Shown piece after piece: positions 36,635 through 47,290 of a stretch of DNA of 64,000 nt. The notes under the pieces were generated by a model, which had not been told where the DNA came from, ran no database searches, and saw only the letters and a list, made by a program, of their open reading frames with translations. The position numbers were made by a program, and so were the translations under genes. Origin of the DNA: Podarcis muralis (Eukaryota). The stretch is taken from the NCBI RefSeq assembly GCF_964188315.1, contig NC_135659.1, forward strand, positions 53,072,001 to 53,136,000, given 5' to 3'. The number at the start of each line of letters is the position of its first letter. The first letter of the stretch is position 1.

Positions 36635-39600
36635 ATGCAACCAGGCTCCGAAGCGGACGGTCGGGTTCGCTGCACCGTAGCGATCGAGCACCTGGGTGCT
36701 GCAGCAGCCCCGAATCGTGTGCTTCTCCGCGATGCTTGGGTCACGCTGGGCCGGGACGAGTTCCAGGAGCTGGTTCTGCAAGTGGCCAGCGCCCTCGGTC
36801 CGGGGCGCCCCCAGAACTTCCCCTTGCGGCGGGGTGAAGTGCGGCTGTTCACACGCTTCGTGAAGGAGGGGAAGAGCTCGGTGCAGCTCGGTGCAAACCA
36901 CAATCACGTGCAGCTGCTGCTCTCTAATTGTCCTCCGGATCGGCTGCGCCGCTTCGTCCGCACGCTGCGCATCAAGCACGCAGCCGCCCAGCGGGGGACC
37001 AAGCCTGTGGCTGAGCGAACGCGGCTTCTCGCTAGCCGACCGCGGACGTTCGACACTGTGAGCCCGGTGCAGACTCGCGACTTGCAGCAGGCGAGCGCCC
37101 GGCAGGCTCTGACTGACGTGACAAGCACCCCGCGGAAAGGTCAGCCCTTACGCTGCGCGTCTCGGAAGCGGATCCGGAGTGAGTCCATCGATGGGAAACA
37201 GGTGAGTCGGCTTCTGTCGAAAAGCATGATCTAGCTGGGAGTTGGATCTGCCCATAATAAAAGGATCTCTGGCCCTCCAGGTATTGTTGGACTCCAACCC
37301 CCATCACCCCTGGCATGGCAGTGCTAGCTGGGATTGCTGGGAGTTGGAGTCCAAGGATACCTGGAGGTTCCCCATACTTGGCATAAGAGTGGTGGCTAGT
37401 TTCTGAGAAGTGGACATACTCACCTGCTAATCCCATATGCTGAAGTTGCGGTTATGCAAAGTGACAGATTCATGCACTCCTTAGCAAGTTCCATAACTGA
37501 GGCCACCACAGAGTAGGCCCTTTCTCCAATGCATGCTGGTCTTACTGGCAGATACCTGAGCAGAACCTCCAAAGTAGTATGGGCAAGGTCAAATTATTAT
37601 TTTATTTAAACGTAAGACTTATTTCGTCCAATTGAAATTCAAAGAACATCCCTCTGGATAAGAGAAGCATTCTCCTCTCTGGCTGCTGTAATCAAGAGAG
37701 ATGGGATGGAAAGCTCTCATGAGCACTTTGGATTCAGAGGAGTTTGCCTTTTGAGGAATGTGTTAAGTTCTGTTATGCAGGCAGAATGTTCTAGGCTCAA
37801 CCCACATAATCTCCAGGTGGGGCTAAAAAACACCCCTGTCTGAAGCTGCTCCCAGTCAGTGGATACAGTACTGAACAAGATGAGCCACTGGTCTGACTCA
37901 ACATAAGGCAGGTTTCTGTGCTCTTTTCAGGTGGCTGAAAAGCAGCAGGTGAAGAAGACTTGGTCCATGTGCTCCCGAGCAAAACTCTCCCAGGAACAGT
38001 CAATGGTGTTGAATGCAGTGCTGAGTGGGAAGAATGTTTTCTTCACAGGCAGTGCTGGTGAGAGAAGAGGGTCAAGGAGGGTCTATGTGTTTGCAGGTTA
38101 GAGGTTGTAGTGGCTTCATCTACTATGGTGGGAATCTCGCATTCCTTCCAGGACTGAACAAACCTGGGATTTAAGGTATGTAAAGTTGGTGATTCTGATG
38201 TCTCTCTTTTTTGGGGTAGTGGCATGGGGCAGGTGGAGATTTATGAGAGGTACATACCATTGAGTCGACTTTGATTTACAATCTAGGTGTCACTTTTAAA
38301 ACTGATCAAGTTTTACATCTGCCTCTTGCCATTTAAATGGTTCGGCTTTGAAGGGAAGTATGAATGGTGCTGGAATAATTGTAAAACTGAAATTTAGATT
38401 GTGTGCCTCTAAATACAAGGGCTCTCTCTCTGTAGGGACTGGGAAATCCTACCTGCTGAAAAAGATCATAGCCTCGCTGCCTCCAAACAGCACTTACGCC
38501 ACAGCCAGCACAGGGGTGGCAGCATGTCAGATTGGTGGCACTACTCTCCATGCCTTTGCAGGTAACTGGGATCCTGGGAAAGGAGGGAAGCGGAAATGTG
38601 CCTAGTGGTGGGTTACAGCTGACATACTCTTTCCCCTCTCCTTTGATAGGTATTGGGTCAGGAAAAGTCTCCCTACATCAGTGCATTGAGCTGGCTCAGA
38701 GACCCGGAATTCGGCAGCAATGGCTGAACTGCCGCCATCTGATCATAGATGAAATCTCCATGGTGGAGGGGGATTTCTTTGATAAACTGGAGGCAGTAGC
38801 TAGGTGGGTGGAGCCTTCCTTTTGGGGGATATTGCTGCACTTGCATTAATCCTGTGTGTACATGGCTTTGGGGAGGGTATTAATAGGGCAGAAGACAAAA
38901 CATTGCATAGTTGTTTTAAAGTTCTGCCTAAGCAGGCACCTGATGCAATTCTGCAGCAAACAGTCTCACACTCACAGCTTTGCCCATGTATTCTCTTCAG
39001 TCCCACATCTAGTTTTGGTTAATGCTGTGGCCAGTGCCCACCCAGAGCCACCAGTCAGCATTGCCATCTCTGTGCTTCAGTCCTGTCTGTTTCCCATGCT
39101 CCTGTCCATGCACCATAGTTCTAAAATGACTCCTTAAGTATAATGTGGTCTTAGAAGGGGGTTTGCAGCCACAGAGAGAAGCAGAACTGAATTATATTTG
39201 TTACTCTGTCTTAGCGTATGCAGAGCATGTGTAAGTGTTGCAAGGGAAACAGGAACAGGGAATCTTCCAGATGCAATTGGATTACAATTCCCACCAGTCC
39301 CAAGCAGCATGACCAACAGCCAGGCATCATGGGGACTGCAGTAGAACAACATCTGGAGGGCCACAGGCTTCCCATCCTTGGTCTAGGACATTGCATTTCT
39401 TTTCTCTTGGACCAGAATAAAATCTGCTCCCTGAAGGTGTCTCCATTCTCTTTTGGTAGAGCTGTCAGGAAATGTGAGGATCCATTTGGAGGAGTCCAAC
39501 TCATCGTATGTGGAGACTTCTTGCAGCTGCCTCCTGTCAGCAAATCCTCCGAGCAGCCCAGGTTCTGTTTCCAGGTGTGCTGCTGCTGCTCTTTGTCACT

Positions 39601-42600
39601 GCATGCTCTTGTCACAGGCTGAGCTATAGTTTGATCAAAGGGTTTCCTTCACAGGCAAAGAGCTGGCGCAAGTGTATCCACCTGAACATGGAGCTGACAG
39701 AGGTGCGGAGGCAGACTGACAGGGACTTCATTTCTCTTCTGCATACTGTCCGCCTGGGCAGGTGAGATGCCATCCTCCCCCGGCAGAATATTGGGCTGGG
39801 GAGATTCTAATCTCTTGGGGTGGAAGTCCCATGTCTAGAGAGACATCACCAAACATTTGAATGCTGATATAGCTGCTTCTGTCAAGTTGGCTGGCCTGCT
39901 CCAATACTTCCTTTAAACTCATTGCACTGTTTGAAATTTGGGTCAAGTACTCTTTGAGGAACCATGGAGAAATGCTGGGAGACACTGGGTTTGGAGGAAT
40001 GGGGAATTTAGAGGTACTGTGTTTGCTGGGGTATTCCTTCACTTGAAAGCATCCTCGCTCACATACTAGCGATGCACAGAGTTGATCTCCATGTTTTGGT
40101 GCTGGTTATGGCCTCATGTTCTCATGGAAAGTAATTTGAATGGGCACAGCAGCAAGCTTGATAGTTCTTCTTGGTCTTCAATGTTTCTCATCAGATACAA
40201 ATGTCTTCTTAATTTTAATTGTCCCCATTCAGATGCACAGAGGAGGTTACCAGACAGCTAACTCTAACAGCTACCCATCGGGTGGAGAAAGATGGAATCT
40301 TGGCTACCCGGTTGTGCACCCACAAGGATGATGTGGAGCTCACAAATGCTAGAAGGCTGGATGAGTTGCCTGGTGAGAATGCTGCAATGACTCCAACTGT
40401 GACAAGTAGCCCTTTCCTTTTAGAGACAGACTTTCAGCTAAGAGCTGGGAACCAACCCTTGGGAACTTGCCCTGCCCCTCTTCTTTCTGAATAAAACAAC
40501 ATGAGACCATTATAAAATTAGGCAATACATCCTACTGACACCAATAGTTAAGTTTTCGAGTCCTGATATTCTTGCCACCGCTTTTTGATAGGTGAATACA
40601 AGGACACATTTATTTATTTTATAATATTTTATTCTGTTGCTGATATCTGCAGAAGTGGGAAACATATTATGATATGTATTGCATGGAATTTTACAGAATT
40701 ATGCTTTCAGGATAGTGTGCAGAGTCTAATACTTGGAGCTCACAACACCTGGGGCTGTGGGAGGATGAAACAGCGCCCCCTACATGCAGCTCAGCTATTG
40801 GGAAGTAACCCTTTCAAAACACATCAGGCAGGAGGGATGCAAGTTTTTTACATCTTGTCTGTCTTCTAGGAGAACGAAGGTCCTTCAAGGCAGTGGATAG
40901 TGACCCTGTACTGGTGAAAACTCTTGATGCACAGTGTCCAGTAAGCAGCAACATTGAACTTAAGCAAGGTGCCCAGGTGAGCATTGCCCAAGCGAGAGGC
41001 GGTTCTTTAGTAGGCAATGGAATTTTGCTTTTTTTGTGGGTGGGGGGAAAGGTTTTTATGTTATCTGCTTCTCACACTAGCGCCACAGTCCTGTATTCTT
41101 CACCTTTCCCATGGGGTCTCACAAAAGGGGTCCCTAACCCTAGGATACTGGAGTCCTCTTGATGCAGAATATGACAGCATAAAGTGTTACAGGCAAATGC
41201 TGGCTGGATCTTACAGGAGCAGGCAAGCAGAGTAATTGTAAAATGAATGGTTTCTATAACAAATATCTATTATATAGGTTGTCTGAGGGAGTCATGGTGG
41301 CACTTACAGGTAATTGTTGACTGTAGCTTGGAATGTCAGAGCTATAGGCTTGGACACATTTGCAAACTATTTATATGTGCTCAGTATTTCACCTGCTGAG
41401 CAATTCAATTACTCCTTGCATTCTATTAATACTGATTTCTCTCTTACAAATGCGTGGCTGGCTAGCACTGATTATAGCTTCTCAGGAATTGTTACCTGCA
41501 CTGCCATGGCTAGGTTGGACAGATCTTTACATGACAGAACCTAGAGTATCAGCTGAGTGAAATGATACTCTTATGGACCCTAGTGGCTGCCATTTGCTTT
41601 ATTTGAGCTGGTTGTGCACTGCTTTCGATAACTTTTAAACCTTAAAACTGGGAAGTCAGGCCATGCCAAATGCCACAGAGTCCTTGACTTTTAAGAGCTG
41701 CACCCAGCTATTAAATATGGGTGGCAAATCTGTGATGCTGTTTAACTGTGATTGTATTGTAATATTAAAGTTTAACTGAGACCAGTTACCATTTTCAACA
41801 CATTATTCACTTTATTAGATGGATTACTAGGTTTTTTTCTGGTCTCATATGTATGTATTTAATATTTGACTGTTTGTTTGGTTATCTACCTTGTGTGCTG
41901 CCTTCTTGAAAAGTAGGATAAAAGTGTATACAATGAATAACATCCAAACAAGTATGAGGCTTTCCCTACCCGAGGAACAGGGTGGGGACATTCTTGTTTG
42001 TTTTCAGTGGCAGTTATTGAGACTCTACTGTTAATGCTGACTATGTACAATAAAGTCGACTGACCGGACAGGTGAAAGCTAGGACGTTTTTCTTCATTAG
42101 TAATTTTTACATTCTTTCACTAGGTGATGCTTACTAAGAATCTTGATGTGTCCCAAGGTCTTGTGAATGGGGCTCGTGGAGTTGTGATTGGATTTGAAGC
42201 AGAAGGAAAAGGTTAGTTTCTGACAGATGCACTTATCACCCATGACTGGGTGTTCTTCGGGCTGTGTCTGAACTCTTCTAGATTCACAATGAAACTTTGG
42301 TGGGTGCCTCTGCACTGTGCCAGAGGTGGAGGATTTTTTGAGACATAGTTGCTGTTCTTTGCCATCCAGTTTTTTGTACATGAGCTGCTATTCTATTGGC
42401 GTCCCATTTGCAAGAACTCAAGTGGATGAGTTCTAGGCTGCCTTGCAGTATCTCCTTAAAGACAATAGATATTTGGGAGGTTACCTGGCCCTGACTCCTG
42501 GGCATAGGAGATCAAAGTTCTGACTTGGCTCTCTTTCTACAGGGCTACCGAAAGTGAGATTTCTGTGTGGTGTCACTAGTGTTGTTGGGTTGGAACGATG

Positions 42601-45600
42601 GGTTTTAAAGGGACCAGCAGGAATTTATCTGAGTCGCCAGCAGCTGCCGCTGAAACTTGCCTGGGCCATTTCCATCCACAAGAGCCAGGTTAGTGATACA
42701 TTGTGTGATATTCTGTACAAGAAATCAAGACAGTAAAAATGGTCCATAATGGGACGTCTGTAAGGAACTTGTGTTTACAGTGGTACCCCGCAAGACGAAC
42801 GCCTCGCAAGACGGAAAACCCGCTAGACGAAAGGGTTTTCCGTTTTGGAGGCGCTTCGCAAAACGAATTTCCCTATGGGCTTGCTTCGCAAGACGAAAGC
42901 CCATAGGGAAATCTCCAGGACAGCGGGGAAGCGCAGCGCGTCTTCCCCACTGTCCTCGGACCTCCTCCGAAGCCTGGCGGCGGGGCGGAGAGACCTCTTC
43001 CCGCCGCCAGGCTTCGGAAGGATGCTCCGAAGCTAAAGAAGCTAAAGCAGCCTGCCGCGACCCTCTCCCGGCTGGAGATGTGACGCGCGCCTATGGCAGG
43101 AACCTCCATAGGCGCCCGTCACCTCTCCAGCCGGGAGAGCGCGCGCGGGGCTAAATCAGCCCCCCGCGACCCTCTCCCGGCTGGAGAAGTGACGCGCGCC
43201 TATGGCAGGAGCCTCCATAGGCGCCCGTCACCTCTCCAGCCGGGAGAGCGCGCGCGGGGCTAAACCAGCCCCCCGCGACCCTCTCCCAGGTGACGCGCGC
43301 CTATGGCAGGAGCCTCCATAGCCGAGCGTCACCTCTCCAGCTGGGAGAGCGCGCGCGTGGGGCTAAAGCAGCCCCCCGCGACCCTCTCCCAGGTGATGCG
43401 CGCCTATGGCAGTAGCCTCCATAGGTGCACGTCACCTCTCCAACCGGGAGAGCGCGCGCGGGGCTAAAGAAACCCCCCGCGACCCTCTCCCGGCTGGAGA
43501 TGTGACGCGCGCCTATGGCAGGAACCTCCATAGGAGCCCGTCACCTCTCCAGCCGGGAGAGCGCGCGCGGGGCTAAACCAGCCCCCCGCGACCCTCTCCC
43601 GGCTGGAGAAGTGACGCGCGCCTATGGCAGGAGCCTCCATAGGCGCCCGTCACCTCTCCAGCCGGGAGAGCGCGCGCGGGGCTAAACCAGCCCCCCGCGA
43701 CCCTCTCCCAGGTGACGCGCGCCTATGGCAGGAACCTCCATAGGCGCCCGTCACCTCTCCAGCCGGGAGAGCGCGCGCGGGGCTAAAGAAGCCATAGCCC
43801 CGCGACCCTCTCCCAGCTGGAGAAGTGACGCGTGACTATGGCAGCAGCCTCTGAAGGATGCACCGAAGCCTGGCGTGGGGGGGGGGGCGGAGAGACCTTC
43901 TCCCCGCGCCAGCCTTCGGATGGCTGTCCTGAAGACTTGGGGTGGGAGAAGGGTTTTCCTTCCCACCGCCAACATTCAGAATGCTGTTCTGAATGTTGGC
44001 GGTGGGGAGGAAAAACCCTCCTCCCACGCAAGCCCCGGGAACAGAGGGAAAGCGCTGCGCGCCTTCCCCTCTGTTCCCGTACCTGTGCTGAAGGCTTGCG
44101 GTGGGGAGAAAAGCCCTTCTCCGCACCGCCAGCCTGGCAAGCGGTTTCCCTAGGAACGCATTAATTGATTTTCAATGCATTCCTATGGGAAACCGTGCTT
44201 CGCAAGACGAAAAACTCGCAAGAAGAAAAAACTTGCGGAACGAATTAATTTCGTCTTGCGAGGCACCACTGTATCTAGATTTATCTGTACTAAAGCTCCC
44301 ACCAAAGTTACTACGGTTCTGGGACGTTACCAGTTGGGCCCCACATCTATGCAGGATCTGTAAGAATCTGCTCATTTGCCTTGCCCCCCCCCCCCCCCGC
44401 GATTAATTATAAGTTAGTGGAATCTAGGCAAACCATTCCTGTACAACAGTCTCACTCAGGCTGTTTTCCTTGCAACATGTGGCTGTTCTAGAAACACTGG
44501 AAAATCACACCACCCTGCAAACAAAATTATAAAGGGTGAGGGAACTGTGGAAATGTTGTTCAGCAGTGTTAATTCTTCCTATTTGCCTAGTAGCCATTTT
44601 GCGGAATGAAGCATCATACATAAAATATATAGGTACTTTACTGTACTATGGGGTGCACATACTTATCAGAATAACTAGGGAGTATCTGCTTCCTGACTTT
44701 TTCTCTTTTACTAGGGTATGTCTCTGGACTGCGTTGAGATTTCCTTGGCTCGTGTTTTTGAATTTGGCCAGGCTTATGTAGCACTTTCTCGAGCACGTAG
44801 CCTTGCAGGTCTTCGTGTTCTGGATTTTGATCCCAAGGTAGTGAGAGCCAATCCATACGTGTTGCAGTTCTACAAGCACTTGAAGAGAGAAAAATTTCTA
44901 ACCCAGGTAAAGTGATAATCTGCCACTAGGCTACCATAACCATCTGCAACGTAGACATTCTGATTTTGTGTTGTATAAACTGCAAAGGGAGGAGGGTGGG
45001 AGAAAGGAAGGGCAATATAGGAGCCTGGAACAAGGGCCACAGGTGACTAATGGCATTGTGAATTAGGGATATCTGGCCACCATTCCTCTGTAACCCTGAA
45101 ATAGACACAACGCTCTTGAGCGATTATCTGTCTGCAGCCCTAATTGCAAAATGTATCTTCCCTACATTTCCCTCTCCAAAGAAGAATATACTGTTACAAG
45201 CTCATACTTTATTAAAGAAAAAAGTAGTGGAAGGTCATAGTCCTTCCATATGGCAGAAATGTCCCATCCCCCCCAGGGGATCACAGTGGCAGAGCAAGCT
45301 GATTGGGCACCTGGGGAGGCACACATGCCCTGTGCCCAGGGGCGGGGCCACCCAAGCCGGGGCAGTGGGGCCTCGGAGGAGTCTGCCTGCCTTCTCCCAC
45401 TCAGCCGCCCTACAGCTGAGGGAGAGGCGTCGGGTGGACCGTTTGGGGCAGTGTGGAGCCTGCGGGCGCCCAAGTCATTGTGTCACTCCCAAGAGAGACG
45501 CGTGGCTCAGGCGTGTTGTGGGCCCTGCGGTGAGTGCCACCCTGCATTTTGTCACCCCCCCTCAGTGGTGAAACCTGGGGCGGCCCACCCCCACCACACA

Positions 45601-45727
45601 CCCCTTCCTCCACCCCTGGGGGATCATACAAAGTGTGAGTAGCTGTGTATAATTTGTTACTTTTGTTCTTTAGGCTTTGCTGCACTCCTCTATTCAAGCT
45701 AATAAAGAAAATGAAGAAGCTGCCTGA
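36635..45727 (+). CDS. PIF1: ATP-dependent 5'-3' DNA helicase PIF1, 12 coding exons, ~640 aa
   Basis: Exons 36635-37201, 37931-38057, 38436-38561, 38650-38803, 39460-39574, 39655-39761, 40233-40372, 40870-40976, 42124-42211, 42543-42688, 44715-44906, 45674-45727 (1923 nt, in phase, TGA). Contains the PINT N-terminal domain, Walker A GSAGTGKS, Walker [69 protein letters not shown] and [14 protein letters not shown]. The last short exon is the least certain. Confidence 0.97.
37274..37367. repeat. Palindromic MITE-like interspersed repeat in PIF1 intron 1
   Basis: CCTCCAGGTATTGTTGGACTCCAAC...GTTGGAGTCCAAGGATACCTGGAGG inverted repeat. Related to 55482-55617 and degenerate copies near 33130-33250 and 63400-63490. 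Confidence 0.6.
42778..44271. mobile_element. Non-autonomous Tc1/mariner (Tigger/pogo-like) DNA element with an internal tandem array, PIF1 intron 10
   Basis: TIRs CAGTGGTACCCCGCAAGACGAA and CAGTGGTGCCTCGCAAGACGAA (20/22 match), TA target duplication at both ends, repeated subterminal CGCAAGACGAA motifs. No transposase ORF. Confidence 0.85.
43056..43850. repeat. GC-rich tandem array of ~101-109-bp palindromic units (7 full plus 1 partial)
   Basis: Units start at 43056, 43165, 43274, 43377, 43478, 43587, 43696 and 43801. Each contains CTCTCCCGGCTGGAGA..GTGACGCGCGCCTATGG, a loop, then CCATAGGCGCCCGTCAC.TCTCCAGCCGGGAGAG (left arm shortened by 8 bp in units 3, 4 and 7). Confidence 0.95.
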
Positions 45728-47290
45728 ACTTGACATACTTTTATTGCTCCTTGTACTTTTATTGAATCTACACCACTAAGTGGGAAACTTCTTCCATGGA
45801 GAATCAGCTCAGCTCATGGATTTTCTGCACTGCAGCTCCTGATACTTCCAGGATCATTCTGTTTTCTAGCATTAGAACATCATCCTGGAAACATTTTCCA
45901 CAGACTATCATAGTTCAAGAGATGAACCTAAAAGTCAATTTTTTAACCAAAAACTGTTATTAGGACGGAAGTAAGATGTTCTGCTATAATACCTTCAAGA
46001 AGTCTTTTAATTCAAACATCAGCATTGACAGTATTGCACCTATGACAAGAGTTTGACACACTGAATAATAAAGAATGCACTTTATTTTTAAAGGACATAA
46101 AAGTGAATGAAATTACTGCTCTCAGTGCAGCACATAATGCGTGTACGACATGCCAAGAGTCTGAGTTTACAAAGATGGCACACTAGTCTTCTAGGACCTG
46201 CCTGTTACTTACATTCTCTACAGAGGCCTCTTCAAATAAAATAAATAAAGCAAAGATGCTAAATTGTAGTAATTTGTTAAACTATATATGCATGTTGCCA
46301 ATTTAGGAGCTAGGAACTCCTTCCCAAGTTAACATGGTTCAGTTAAAATTCAGATTTTGAGAAGTGCATTTAATCTATGTTTGAAGTAATAATTACTTAA
46401 GGTGCTAGTTATGTTATGTTACAAAGTATGCTTTCTTTCCCCAGTCCCACCAGTTTATGGCAAATACTGCTATGAGCTGTTATGAGTCCAAGTATATCCA
46501 TACTAATATCTCCTTAATAAAATAAGTACTAATGCTACATGGAGGGTTTACGTTTTGACACAGGCTGCTGTAGCATTTATGCTTCTATGCTATAACATAG
46601 TAACTTCATCTTTGCATTCTTCAGTGCCTACAACTATAACAGTTCAGTATTGTGTTAGTGGTAGATGGGGGGCATTTCTTCCAAGAAGATATACTGCATC
46701 ATCAAGCACTGCTTAACAGTAACATTCCTAAGCATGTTATAAGTTGACTTTGCCTAGTTTATTTCAGTTAAAGCCTTCATGGCTTCTATAGCTCCTCAAA
46801 CCATATTGAAGGTAACCCCTGGTGAGCATGTTACAGGTAGAAGGCACTTGGCAAGTAATATGAGATTATTACAGCTTTGCAACTGATATTTTTGTAGTCC
46901 ATATTTTTTTTTTAAAAAACGGTTATTACAAAATAATTTGACTATTCTGTGACTCAGGAATGATATTCACCATCACTTATTTTACTAACCACAATGATCT
47001 GTAGACCAAGGTCAAGATTAACACTCAAGGCCATCTCTGAGCTGCTACATAGCAACTGGCCAAATAAGATCTAGCAGCTGTCATGGAGTAGTAAGACCAG
47101 ACTTCAGTGTAATACAAAACAAGTATCATACTCACGAGCCAAGGTGTAAAAGAGCAGGTCAGGCTGCTTAACCCCCATGCTACGATGAGGGGGATCATGG
47201 CTAAGGAAAGCTCAGCAAGCTTGTTTAGTCTTCCCACACATGTTATGAGAGGGCATAGTTCATTACTGGGCAGCACAGAATCCAGTTCCC

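Noticed and set aside
43056-43850. CRISPR-like appearance of regularly spaced palindromic repeats
   Set aside because: The intervening sequences are near-identical rather than unique spacers, the units are about 109 bp, there are no cas genes, and the array sits inside a TIR/TA-bounded transposon in a vertebrate intron.
42771-44406. Several ORFs within the Tigger-like element
   Set aside because: GC-rich repeat-derived frames with no DDE/DDD transposase or HTH motifs.
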